Shown here: positions 10,187 through 19,560 of the stretch, in pieces
How positions within the stretch are numbered: the stretch's first letter is position 1
Layout: each line of letters opens with the position of its first letter
Assembly: GCA_039794345.1 (NCBI GenBank)
Contig: JBDIVQ010000003.1
Location: 3,046-67,045, forward strand
From: Phycisphaerae bacterium
GTDB lineage: Bacteria; Planctomycetota; Phycisphaerae; Phycisphaerales; UBA5793
Direction of reading: 5' to 3'
DNA length: 64,000 bases
Translations under genes and position numbers: made by a program
The notes under the pieces: generated by a model
Told to the model about the DNA's origin: nothing
The model's database searches: none
The model's input: only the letters and a program-made list of their open reading frames with translations

Positions 10187-10409
10187 CAGGAGGCTGGCGT
10201 GTTCGTTCTTCCCGCGCAGGCGGGAGTCCACCTCTCCCTCCCCCGGCTCTGCGGGCGAAGGTCAGGGTGGGGGCCTTCCACGAGTGCCGCGCAGCTCCGC
10301 CCCCCGGCAAACGCGCGAGGCAGACTCTTCGCGGGCATGACGACGAGAACGTGATCGCCCCGGGGCCGGTGACGCCGCCGCTCCCGGCGCGTATACTGGA
10401 GACGGCGAT

Positions 10410-10488
<79 letters not shown>

Positions 10489-10602
10489 GCAAGTCCTACT
10501 GAGTCCGCCAGTTGCGGACACCCGCCGAAGGTCGGCGGTGCAGCCTGACTCGCCAAACCGCGCGGTTAACTACCGCGCTCCGCGACGAAAGGAGCACCGC
10601 CA

Positions 10603-12003
10603 ATGCACAAAACCCCATCGTATCGACAGCGCCCCGGCTACGCGCAAGCGCTCGTCACCCTCACCGACGCCCGCACAAAACGGCGACGGGACTACTGGCT
10701 GGGCGAGTTCGGCTCGAGCGAGAGCCGCGAGCTCTACCACCGCCTCATCGCCGAATGGGAAAGCAACGACCGCCGCCTGCCCGAGACCGCGCTGCACCGC
10801 GCACCCCAAGGCGATGCCCGCGATCGTGATGAGGGCGATGGGCCCACCGTGCGCGAGGTCATCAAGCTCTACTGGCGCTGGGCGAGGAAGTACTACCAGC
10901 CCAACGAGTCAGGCACACTCAAGGTGGCGCTGCGCCTCCTTCGCCAGTTCTACGGCAGCACGCAGGCGGGCCAGTTCGGCCCCAAGCGCCTGCGCGTGCT
11001 GCGCGAGTCCATGATCTGTGGCGACACGACCTCCGCCAAGCCGCGCCAGCCCTGGTCGCGCATCTACATCAATCAGCAGACGCGGCGCATCCGCCAGATG
11101 TTCCGGTGGGCCGCCTCGCACGAACTCATCCCCTCGTCGGTGCCGCACGCGCTGGCGACGGTCGAACCCCTCAAGCGAGGCCGGACCGCCGCGCGCGAGG
11201 GCAAGCGCGTGCGTCCCGTCGACGAGGCGATGATCGAGGCGATCAAGCCCTTCGTGAGCCGGCAGGTCTGGGCGCTCGTGCAACTCCAGCTCGTCACCGG
11301 CGCGCGGAGCGGCGAACTGCTCCCCATGAGAATGATCGACATCGACACCTCCGACCGCTCAGGCGTCTGGGCCTACCGGCCCGTCGAGCACAAGAACGCT
11401 TTCCGCGGCAAGGACCGCGTCATCTACCTCGGACCGGCGGCCAAGAGAATCATCGAGCTCTTCATGACCGACCGCTCGGTGGATGCCTGCCTCTTCAGCG
11501 CCGCCGAGGCCGAAGCCGAGCGCCGGGCCGAACTGCACGCTCAGCGCAAGACACCGCTTAGTTGCGGCAACCGGCCCGGCACGAACCGTCGCAATCAGCC
11601 GGCGCACACGCCCGGCGACTGCTACACCACGCCGAGCTACTACCGCGCCATCCAGCGCGCCTGCGATCTGGCGTTCCCGCACCCCGACCCTGTCTACCAG
11701 CCGGGCGAGATTGTGGCCGCCCCCGTCCGCAATGGCACGAAGCCTCGCAGCCGGCTTGAGACGGCCAGCGAAGTGAACGCTCGCCTGACCGGCGAGCAAC
11801 GCAAGGCGCTCAAGGAGTGGCGAAGGAAGCACCGCTGGCATCCGCACCGGCTTCGCCACAACGCCGGCACCGCCATCCGCCGCGAGTTCGGCCTCGAAGC
11901 AGCGCAGCTCGTCCTCGGCCACAGCAGCGCCCAGATCACCGACGCCGTCTATGCCGACCGCGACCATTCCAAGGTCGTCGAGATCATGAAGCGGATCGGA
12001 TAG
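10603..12003 (+). CDS. tyrosine-type site-specific integrase
   Basis: AAAGGAG RBS. C-terminal catalytic motifs: TGARSGELL, HRLRHNAGT, LGHSS..ITDAVYADRD (R-H-R-Y). Confidence 0.9.
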   Translation: MHKTPSYRQRPGYAQALVTLTDARTKRRRDYWLGEFGSSESRELYHRLIAEWESNDRRLPETALHRAPQGDARDRDEGDGPTVREVIKLYWRWARKYYQPNESGTLKVALRLLRQFYGSTQAGQFGPKRLRVLRESMICGDTTSAKPRQPWSRIYINQQTRRIRQMFRWAASHELIPSSVPHALATVEPLKRGRTAAREGKRVRPVDEAMIEAIKPFVSRQVWALVQLQLVTGARSGELLPMRMIDIDTSDRSGVWAYRPVEHKNAFRGKDRVIYLGPAAKRIIELFMTDRSVDACLFSAAEAEAERRAELHAQRKTPLSCGNRPGTNRRNQPAHTPGDCYTTPSYYRAIQRACDLAFPHPDPVYQPGEIVAAPVRNGTKPRSRLETASEVNARLTGEQRKALKEWRRKHRWHPHRLRHNAGTAIRREFGLEAAQLVLGHSSAQITDAVYADRDHSKVVEIMKRIG

Positions 12004-12016
12004 GGCATTCGAGGCT

Positions 12017-12150
12017 GGTTACAGGTTACCGTAACCGTTTTCCGCGCGAAAAAGTCAACATTCTTCCGCAGCGAAAACCCCCGAGCAATGGCGGGGGTTT
12101 TTGCTGCGCGATGAGACGGTTCGTGGTTACGAAGCAGCCCAAAAGGTTAC
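12017..12150. promoter_or_regulatory. cluster of GGTTAC/GTAACC sites between int and the HTH gene
   Basis: GGTTAC at 12017, 12024, 12125 and 12145, with inverted GTAACC at 12031. The last two form GGTTACGAA repeats 20 bp apart. Confidence 0.45.
12074..12102 (+). terminator. rho-independent-type terminator after int
   Basis: AAAACCCCCG-agcaatgg-CGGGGGTTTTT forms a perfect 10-bp stem followed by a T run. Confidence 0.6.
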
Positions 12151-12214
12151 GAAACAAATGAGCATCGAAAAACCCGCGTAGAACCAAGGAGCATTGCAAT
12201 ACACGGAGGACTGC

Positions 12215-12601
12215 ATGACCAAGGCAAGCGAAACACTCGATCACATCACACTCGGGGAGGCGAGTCACCTCGTCCCCGGTCGCCCGTCCACGAACTGCAT
12301 GTGGCGATGGTGTCGGAAGGGCGTCCTCGCCCGAAGCGGCGAGCGCATCCGTCTTGAGCACGTCCGTATCGGCGGGCGGATCTTCACCCGGCCGAACTGG
12401 GTGGATGAGTTCAGCCACCGGCTGACTGCGGCGGATGTTTCCTACTTCGACGCTCGGGAGGCGGCGGCGAAGGAACTGCCGGGCCGCGATCCGCGTTTCG
12501 ATCCGCCCAGGCGCCATCGCCGCCTGCGGCAGCCCGCTCGCGCGGCCACCACCCAACGCCAGGATGAGATCGATCGCGAGCTCGATGAGGAAGGCCTCTG
12601 A
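12215..12601 (+). CDS. small HTH DNA-binding protein (excisionase/regulator-like)
   Basis: GGAGGA RBS before ATG 12215. ITLGEASHLVPGRPSTNCMWRWCRKGVLARSGERIRLEHVRIGGRIFT resembles Xis/AlpA-type and planctomycete DUF1580-type HTH domains; this is from memory and unverified. Confidence 0.55.
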   Translation: MTKASETLDHITLGEASHLVPGRPSTNCMWRWCRKGVLARSGERIRLEHVRIGGRIFTRPNWVDEFSHRLTAADVSYFDAREAAAKELPGRDPRFDPPRRHRRLRQPARAATTQRQDEIDRELDEEGL

Positions 12602-12605
12602 CCAA

Positions 12606-15185
12606 GTGGCCTCCTCAGCGCCGCCCATCCTCGCCTCCGCCGCCCGGGCTGATCTCGTGGCTCCACCCGCAGCGGTGGCGCTCGATCCGACGCCCATCCC
12701 CGCCGCGCTGCGCGAGCGGCCGCAGTGGGTCGTCTGGAAGTACATCCTCCGCGAGGGCAAGTGGACCAAGGTTCCATTCAACGCCCGCACCGGCGAGCCC
12801 GCCAGCGCGACCGATCCGTCCACCTGGAGCACATTCGACGAGGCGGTGGCGGCATGCCGCAGTGACGATGGGTATGCGGGCATCGGGTTTGCCTTCAGCG
12901 AAGACGATCCGTTCGCCGGAATCGACCTCGACGACTGCATCGACGAGAATGGCAATCTCGTTCCTACCGCGCGTGAGATCGTGGACCAATTCAATTCGTG
13001 CACCGAAGTCTCGCCCAGCGGCAAGGGCGTCAAGATCTTCATTTGCGGTGTCAAGCCCGAAGGGTCAGGATGCAGGTCAAAGAAGATCGACGGCTTCAAG
13101 GAAACTGAGATCTACGACCGCGAGCGGTACTTCACTGTGACGGGCCAGCACCTCTCAGGCACACCGGTCTCCATCGAGCCGCGACAGGCCGAACTGGAGG
13201 CGCTATGCGAACGACTGTGGCCGACGCGGTCGCGTGGCGACTCCCCGCCCGACACCCCGCCCGCCACACCCGTTGAACTCGACGATGCCAATCTCATCGA
13301 ACGTGCATCCAACGCGAAGAACGGCAGCAAATTCAGACGCCTGTGGGCCGGTGACACCTCAACGCATGGTGGAGATGACAGTGCGGCCGACGTGGCGCTG
13401 TGCTGCATGCTCGCGTTCTGGACCGGCGGCGACGGCAATCGCATGGACGCACTCTTCCGACAGTCAGGCTTGTACCGGGAGAAGTGGGACAAGAGGCGAG
13501 GCAACACGACTTATGGACAGCGGACCATTGAATTCGCCATCGCGGGGACCAAGGACTTCTACGGACCCGGCAAGGGCAGCGACGCGTCGCCCGATACAAA
13601 CAGTGAACCGCCATCCGATGGCCGACCCCTCATCTTCCTCAGCGCCCGCGAAGACCTTTCGATCGACGAGGCGGTCGAGGCGCTGCGCGCCGAAGACAAC
13701 CTCTACCACCGCGGCTGCAAGCTCGTCCGCGTCGTTCGTGAGCCGCGACGACGCCAGCCGTCCGGCCGGCGAAGCGCCCGCGTGCGACGACCCGAGGGAG
13801 CCGCGTTCATCCAGTTGATGCCCGCCGAGAGCCTTCGAGAGCGATTGGCGCACCGAGCTCGCATCGTCCAATGCAACGCCAAGGGCGAATGGGTGAATGC
13901 CCATCCGACTCCCTGGCTCGTCTCCGGCACGATGGCCCGCGCTGTGTGGCCGGGACTTCGATCACTCTGCGGGATCTCCCACACCCCGATCCTGCGTCCA
14001 GATGGCACGATTCACCAGGAGCCGGGTTACGACTCCGAGACCGGCGTGCTGTTCCTGCCCGAGCCGGGCGTGTCGTTCCCGCCCATTCACCCCGATGTCG
14101 CCTACGACGAAGCCGACGTCGCGCGCGACGAACTGCTCGAGGTGGTCTGTGATTTTCCGTTTGCTTCCGATGCCCATCGCGCGGCGTGGCTGGCGTCGCT
14201 CCTGACTCCCCTGGCGCGGCACGCGTTCGACGGCCCGGCGCCCCTGTTCGCTGTCGATTCGAACATCCGAGGTTCAGGCAAGACGCTGCTCGTGCAGGCG
14301 ACCAGCCTCATCGCGATGGGCCGGCCGGTGTCGGTGAGCGCCTATGCCCACGACATCGCCGAAATGCAGAAGCGCATCACCGCCATCGCGATCGCAGGTG
14401 ATCCGATTGTCCTGCTCGACAATCTGAGCGGGACATTCGGAAATGCCGCGCTCGATCGCGCGCTGACCTGCGACCGGTGGCAGGACCGGATGCTCGGCCG
14501 CAACGAGAATGTCGATCTGCCGCTGCAGACGATCTGGTTCGCCAGCGGCAACAACATCATCCTCGCCGCCGACACGGCGCGTCGGGTGATTCACATCCGG
14601 CTGGACTGCCTCGAAGACGCTCCGGAGGAGCGAGGGGGCTTCAAGCACAGCGATCTCCTGGTGTGGGTGGCAGAGCACCGGCCGCGATTGGTGGTGGCGG
14701 GTCTCACGATCCTGAGGGCCTTTTTCAACGCAGGCTGCCCCCAGAGTGAGGTCCCGCCGTTCGGGTCGTATGAAGGGTGGTCACACATTGTGCGTCATGC
14801 CGTGATCTGGGTAAGTCTTCCCGATCCATGTCAGACCCGCGCGGCACTCGCCGAGACCTCGGACTCAACCGTTGATGGATTGCGGCAGTTCATCGCGGCC
14901 TGCATCGCCTGCGACCCTCAACAGAACGGCTGGACCGCCGCCGGCCTGCTCGGTCGCCTCTATCCGCCGCACCGCGACCAGATGCCCACCGACGCTGCAA
15001 GCATCGAATTGCGCGGGGCCATCGAAGCGTTCGTCGCCTGCCCGGCGGGCAAGACGCCGACCTCTCACTCGCTCGCCCGCCGCCTCACCGCTATGCGGCG
15101 TCGGCCTGTGAGCGGGCGCTACATCGACATGGTGCCCAACACGCCCAAGGGCAGTGCCGCTCGCTGGAGGGTGGTGACCCCATGA
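12606..15185 (+). CDS. bifunctional primase-polymerase (PrimPol) / P-loop NTPase replication protein
   Basis: PrimPol motifs AGIDLDDC and SPSGKGVKIF. PriCT-like region ADVALCCMLAFWTGGD...FRQSGLYREKW. Walker A GSGKTLL and Walker B IVLLDN. Start GTG 12606 or ATG 12585. Confidence 0.8.
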   Translation: MASSAPPILASAARADLVAPPAAVALDPTPIPAALRERPQWVVWKYILREGKWTKVPFNARTGEPASATDPSTWSTFDEAVAACRSDDGYAGIGFAFSEDDPFAGIDLDDCIDENGNLVPTAREIVDQFNSCTEVSPSGKGVKIFICGVKPEGSGCRSKKIDGFKETEIYDRERYFTVTGQHLSGTPVSIEPRQAELEALCERLWPTRSRGDSPPDTPPATPVELDDANLIERASNAKNGSKFRRLWAGDTSTHGGDDSAADVALCCMLAFWTGGDGNRMDALFRQSGLYREKWDKRRGNTTYGQRTIEFAIAGTKDFYGPGKGSDASPDTNSEPPSDGRPLIFLSAREDLSIDEAVEALRAEDNLYHRGCKLVRVVREPRRRQPSGRRSARVRRPEGAAFIQLMPAESLRERLAHRARIVQCNAKGEWVNAHPTPWLVSGTMARAVWPGLRSLCGISHTPILRPDGTIHQEPGYDSETGVLFLPEPGVSFPPIHPDVAYDEADVARDELLEVVCDFPFASDAHRAAWLASLLTPLARHAFDGPAPLFAVDSNIRGSGKTLLVQATSLIAMGRPVSVSAYAHDIAEMQKRITAIAIAGDPIVLLDNLSGTFGNAALDRALTCDRWQDRMLGRNENVDLPLQTIWFASGNNIILAADTARRVIHIRLDCLEDAPEERGGFKHSDLLVWVAEHRPRLVVAGLTILRAFFNAGCPQSEVPPFGSYEGWSHIVRHAVIWVSLPDPCQTRAALAETSDSTVDGLRQFIAACIACDPQQNGWTAAGLLGRLYPPHRDQMPTDAASIELRGAIEAFVACPAGKTPTSHSLARRLTAMRRRPVSGRYIDMVPNTPKGSAARWRVVTP

Positions 15186-15190
15186 CGAAA

Positions 15191-15310
15191 CTGATCCTGA
15201 TGATCGTACTGATCCTGTTCCAATACCTTTCGCGCGAAAGAAGGGGGTGGGAGGTATCAAAACAAAACAGAGAGAGCGGTAAACAGGATCAGCAGAATCA
15301 GCAGGATCAG
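15191..15310. repeat. GATC-rich imperfect inverted repeat
   Basis: 29-nt arms at 15191-15219 and 15282-15310 match at 25/29 positions. Five GATC sites and a purine-rich spacer. Confidence 0.6.
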
Positions 15311-15717
15311 CGCCGCCTGTGTTCCGCCACGTCGCGTGGGCAATGGTGGGCGGAACTCAAACGAGCGTCATGTGCCTCTTCGAGTCGTTGCCCCTCGTGC
15401 GGCCGGGGCTGCGGTGGCCCAACGCTTCGCCGCGCGCCTGCAGGACGCCACACGGCCCAACGTCGTGGCCCACGGGGCCAAGGGGCGGCAGGGCCGACCG
15501 GTGGCCGGTCAGAATCCTGTCGGGGCTTCAGACGGGGACCATCTCGCCTGCGTGCGCGGTTTTCCGCAGAATTCCGCAGGGGGGGTGGTCGCCGGAATCG
15601 GCGTTGGTGGCGCAGGAAGGCCGATTCTGGCCGATTTGGCGCGACACAGGACGGGTCAACTTTGGGCAAAGTCGAGCGCAACGGGCAGGTGCCTCGGCCA
15701 ATGACGGAGATTGACGA

Positions 15718-16227
15718 GTGAAACGCGGTCGGAAACCAACACCAACGGTGCTCAGGCAACTGCGAGGCAACCCCTCGAAGCGCGCGATCAACCACCGCGA
15801 GCCGCAGCCGCCTCCCGGCCTGCCTGCGTGCCCGCGCTGGCTGGACGCCGAGGGCAAAAAGGTCTGGCACGAGATCGTGCCGCAGTTGAAGGCGATGCGC
15901 CTGCTGGCGCGCATTGACAAAGGCGTGATCGCCAGGTATTGCGACGCATGGTCGCAATGGAAGCGGAACCGGGAGTTCCTGCGCACGAACGGCGACTGCT
16001 ATCCGATCAAGGACGACAGCGGCCGCGTGACCTACCTGCAGCCCTTCCCCCAACTCGCGCAGTTGAACCGGCTCGTTCAGCAGATGACCAACTTCGAGAG
16101 CGCCTTCGGCCTGTCGCCCAGTTCGCGCAGCACGATCCGGGTCAACGAAGGTGGCGGCGAACTGGATGCCTTCGAGCAAATGAGAATGGAAGCGCCGGTG
16201 ATCGGCAGAATTGGAACCGCATCATGA
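15718..16227 (+). CDS. phage terminase small subunit (P27 family-like)
   Basis: KRGRKPTPT..LRGNPSKR N-terminus, then W..IVP.L..M.LL...D, then FGLSPSSR. Confidence 0.75.
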   Translation: MKRGRKPTPTVLRQLRGNPSKRAINHREPQPPPGLPACPRWLDAEGKKVWHEIVPQLKAMRLLARIDKGVIARYCDAWSQWKRNREFLRTNGDCYPIKDDSGRVTYLQPFPQLAQLNRLVQQMTNFESAFGLSPSSRSTIRVNEGGGELDAFEQMRMEAPVIGRIGTAS

Positions 16228-17660
16228 ACGTCGTCGATCTCAAAGTTGAACTCCGGGCGATTGACTCGATCAGGCCGTTCGAACGGAACCCCCGCGTGAA
16301 TGACCGAGCGGTCGATGCGGTCGCGCACTCGGTTGCTTCGTACGGCTTCAAGCAGCCGATCGTGGTGGACGGCGACGGCGTCATCGTTGTCGGGCACACG
16401 AGATGGAAGGCCGCGTGCAAACTCGGCCTCGCGCAAGTCCCGGTTCATGTCGCGCACGATCTCACGCCCGAGCAGGCGCGAGCCTACCGCATCGCCGACA
16501 ACCAGACGAGCAATCTCTCGACGTGGGATCTTGAACTTCTGCCGCTCGAACTGCGCGACCTGAGCGCACTCGGCGTCGATCTCTCGTCGCTCGGCTTCAC
16601 GCTCGACGACCTCGCGCAACTGCTCGACCCGAATGGGAAGCAGGGTGAGTGCGACGCCGACGACATTCCTGAGCCACCCGACGATCCAGTCACGAAGCCA
16701 GGCGACCTATGGGTGTTGGGCGAGCATCGGTTGCTCTGCGGCGACTCTTCCAGCGCCGCCGATGTCGATCGGCTGCTCGATGGCCAGCCGATTCATCTTG
16801 CGAATTGCGATCCGCCTTATAACGTCCGCGTCGAACCGCGCAGCAACAACGCGATTGCGGCGGGCGTCACCTCGTTCGCGCGGCGCGCCGATCTCCAGTG
16901 CGATCACTCCACGACTGAGCGCGGCAAGAAGGATCGCGCGCGCAAGGCGAAGCGCATGCATCACCAGTCATTCGATCTCGCGCGACAAGGACCGAAGAAG
17001 CGAACGACGCGGCAGATGCGCGCGAAGGACAGGCCGCTTGAGAACGACTTCGTCAGTGACGAGGCGTTCGAGCAGATGCTCCTCGCGTGGTTCGGCAACA
17101 TCTCGCGCGTGCTGTTGCCGGGCCGGGCATTCTATTGCTGGGGCGGATACGCGAACGTCGCCAACTACCCGCCGGCACTCAAGGCGTGCGGCCTCTACTT
17201 CAGCCAGACGATCATCTGGCACAAGCAGCACCCGGTCCTCACACGCAAGGACTTCATGGGAGACCACGAATGGTGTTTCTACAGTTGGCGTGAAGGCGCC
17301 GCACACGTCTTCCTCGGCCCCAACAACGTGCCGGATGTGTGGTCGATCAAGAAGGTCAACCCAGCGTCGATGATCCACTTGACGGAGAAGCCTGTGGAAC
17401 TCGCCGTGCGCGCCATGCAGTACTCGTCGCGCGTCGGCGAGAACGTGATTGACTTGTTCGGGGGATCGGGTTCGACACTCATCGCCGCCGAGCAGACCGG
17501 TCGCCACGCATTCCTCATGGAGATCGACCCTGCGTACTGCGATGTCATCGTCCGAAGATACGAGGCGTTTTCAGGGAAGACGGCGGAACTTGGGGGCGCT
17601 CGTTCGGCGGATGCTTCCGGATCGATACCCGCTGCAATTGTCAAAGAGGAGCCACGATGA
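16224..17660 (+). CDS. ParB-like nuclease domain fused to N4/N6 DNA methyltransferase
   Basis: ATG 16224 overlaps the TerS stop. ParB box VVDGDGVIVVGHTRWKAA. Methylase motifs CDPPYN and TEKPVEL...DLFGGSGSTLIAAE. Confidence 0.85.
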   Translation: MNVVDLKVELRAIDSIRPFERNPRVNDRAVDAVAHSVASYGFKQPIVVDGDGVIVVGHTRWKAACKLGLAQVPVHVAHDLTPEQARAYRIADNQTSNLSTWDLELLPLELRDLSALGVDLSSLGFTLDDLAQLLDPNGKQGECDADDIPEPPDDPVTKPGDLWVLGEHRLLCGDSSSAADVDRLLDGQPIHLANCDPPYNVRVEPRSNNAIAAGVTSFARRADLQCDHSTTERGKKDRARKAKRMHHQSFDLARQGPKKRTTRQMRAKDRPLENDFVSDEAFEQMLLAWFGNISRVLLPGRAFYCWGGYANVANYPPALKACGLYFSQTIIWHKQHPVLTRKDFMGDHEWCFYSWREGAAHVFLGPNNVPDVWSIKKVNPASMIHLTEKPVELAVRAMQYSSRVGENVIDLFGGSGSTLIAAEQTGRHAFLMEIDPAYCDVIVRRYEAFSGKTAELGGARSADASGSIPAAIVKEEPR

Positions 17661-17731
17661 TCGCAGCCCACTGCTATCGTCCACGTCAAACCATCCACAG
17701 CCACGTATTGATTCCGGTAGAGGGTGATACG

Positions 17732-18676
17732 ATGTTCACCACACGGAGTCAAACCATGCCGGTTATCGATCCAAAGTGTCTCGACTGCGTAGTCTATCTC
17801 TACTACTCCCGAGACCAGGCCGAACGAGGTATCGACGTAGGTGGAACGGGGTTCTTTGTCGGCATGAACTTCGAGGATGGCAGGCCATTTCTACACGCCT
17901 ACATCGTCACCAACGCGCACATTGTGAGTGACGCTGGCCCCGACGGTCCCATCGTCGTGCGAATCAATACTCTCGATGGTCATAGGAGGTGCATCGAATC
18001 CAGGGGGAGCGATTGGGAATGCCATCCCGCGGGGGACGATTTGGCAGTGCTGTCCTTGCGAGGCGCCCCTTCGTCCTTACGGATCGCCACTATGAACGTC
18101 GAGTCGTTTGTCACACGAGAGGCAATCCAGAGGGACGGGTTTGGCATCGGCGATGATGTGTTCATGGTCGGTCGGTATGTTGATCACCAGGGGACTCAGA
18201 GGAATCTGCCGACAGTTCGCTTCGGGAATATTGCCCAAATGCCGGACGAGCCCATTGTTCATCCGGATGGCCACGAACAAGAGAGCTTTCTCGTTGACAT
18301 GCGGTCCATTGGGGGTTTCAGCGGCGCACCGGTGTTTCTGTACACATTGGCAACTGGGCCGAAGACGATTCCAACGCGGTATCGTGCACGGGCTGAAGGC
18401 AGGCATCCGTATGTAGGGCCGCTGCTCCTTGGCGTTGATTGGGCCCACATGCCCGTTAGCGGCACCGGTGAAATCCGGGAGAAGGGCGCGCCGCCCAAGA
18501 AGGTGTCCGTCTGGTTAGACTCGTCAATGGCGTGTGTGATACCGGCGTGGCGGCTGTTGGACTTCTTGCAAGATGAACGATTCGTGCAACAACGGAGCAT
18601 GGATGAACGCAACGATGGTGATCGAGAACCTCGTGTCGTTCTTGACACGTCACCTGATCAGGATGTTGAACAGTGA
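17732..18676 (+). CDS. trypsin-like serine peptidase domain protein
   Basis: TNAHIV (His), DLAVLSL (Asp) and GGFSGAPVF (Ser) occur in the canonical order. Confidence 0.55.
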   Translation: MFTTRSQTMPVIDPKCLDCVVYLYYSRDQAERGIDVGGTGFFVGMNFEDGRPFLHAYIVTNAHIVSDAGPDGPIVVRINTLDGHRRCIESRGSDWECHPAGDDLAVLSLRGAPSSLRIATMNVESFVTREAIQRDGFGIGDDVFMVGRYVDHQGTQRNLPTVRFGNIAQMPDEPIVHPDGHEQESFLVDMRSIGGFSGAPVFLYTLATGPKTIPTRYRARAEGRHPYVGPLLLGVDWAHMPVSGTGEIREKGAPPKKVSVWLDSSMACVIPAWRLLDFLQDERFVQQRSMDERNDGDREPRVVLDTSPDQDVEQ

Positions 18677-18780
18677 CGCCTGACCGGAAGTCGCTGGTTC
18701 TTCCCACATCTGGTGGCTCCAGCCGCAGACACAGCCGCGACCTTGGCCACGGCTATGAATGCTCGACGGAGATGGGCCCG

Positions 18781-19170
18781 CTACTCGCTCGCTGGCTCCG
18801 GCCCTTTCTCGCGCAAGGCGTGGTATTCGATCAGCGCATCCTCGTAGACAAAGTCGCTCGCGGCGATGTGCTTGCGGTTGCGGGCGGGCACGATGCACGA
18901 CCGCTCCTTGAGGAACGCGATGGCGACGGCGACCTGCGACCACGGCGGCATGATCGATTCGTCGCCGCCGCCAGCCTTGGCGCGGATGTCCTCCATCGTG
19001 AAGGACGCGTTGCCGAGTTGCTCGATGGCGTAGGCCACGTCGTCGTACACGGCCTTGGTGCAGGCATGCTCGTAGGGAGTGCCGCGCCTGGGCACGACGC
19101 GGCGCAGCAGCGCGCCGCTCGGGCCATCGACGACGAACGACTCATTGAGTTGGCGCGGCATGGTCATCAC
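18781..19170 (-). CDS. hypothetical protein
   Basis: Last gene of a tightly packed minus-strand run of 8 ORFs. No recognisable motif. Confidence 0.45.
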   Translation of the reverse strand: MMTMPRQLNESFVVDGPSGALLRRVVPRRGTPYEHACTKAVYDDVAYAIEQLGNASFTMEDIRAKAGGGDESIMPPWSQVAVAIAFLKERSCIVPARNRKHIAASDFVYEDALIEYHALREKGPEPASE

Positions 19171-19336
19171 CTCCTTCCTGCTTCGTGCGCGGCGGCGTGT
19201 AGACGTTCAGGCAGGTGGCGCAGCGGACGCGCTGGCCGTCTTCGATCCAGACGAGCCGGTCAACGCAGCGCTCCGCGCAGCGCGGGCAGGCGTCTTCGAT
19301 CGCGACGAGGTGGTCGCTGGGGGGTTCGTGGTTCAT
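19142..19336 (-). CDS. small zinc-ribbon protein
   Basis: CPRC...(18 aa)...CATC pair in 64 aa. Overlaps the downstream gene. Confidence 0.45.
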   Translation of the reverse strand: MNHEPPSDHLVAIEDACPRCAERCVDRLVWIEDGQRVRCATCLNVYTPPRTKQEGGDDHAAPTQ

Positions 19337-19353
19337 GGGTGGATGGTCCTTTC

Positions 19354-19557
19354 CTACAGCGCCAGCCGGGTGATGACGTCGTCAATGCGTTCATCCGCCG
19401 GCGTGGCGAGGGCGATGAGTCTGGTGATGACCTCGGCGCTGAGCATGACCAGCGCTTCGGCGTCGTTGATCTCCACGACCGGCCCCATGTCGGTGACGGC
19501 ATGCTCACTCAGGGCGTGGAGCGTGGACTTCTTTACGAGGACGACGAACTTCATCAT
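19354..19557 (-). CDS. hypothetical protein
   Basis: 67 aa. Starts 3 nt downstream of the stop of the upstream gene in the same run. Confidence 0.4.
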   Translation of the reverse strand: MMKFVVLVKKSTLHALSEHAVTDMGPVVEINDAEALVMLSAEVITRLIALATPADERIDDVITRLAL

Positions 19558-19560
19558 CGC

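Noticed and set aside
15319-15717. Several overlapping 120-180-aa ORFs between the GATC repeat and TerS
   Set aside because: All are Arg/Gly-rich with no consistent frame. The region is more likely non-coding (ori/pac/leader).
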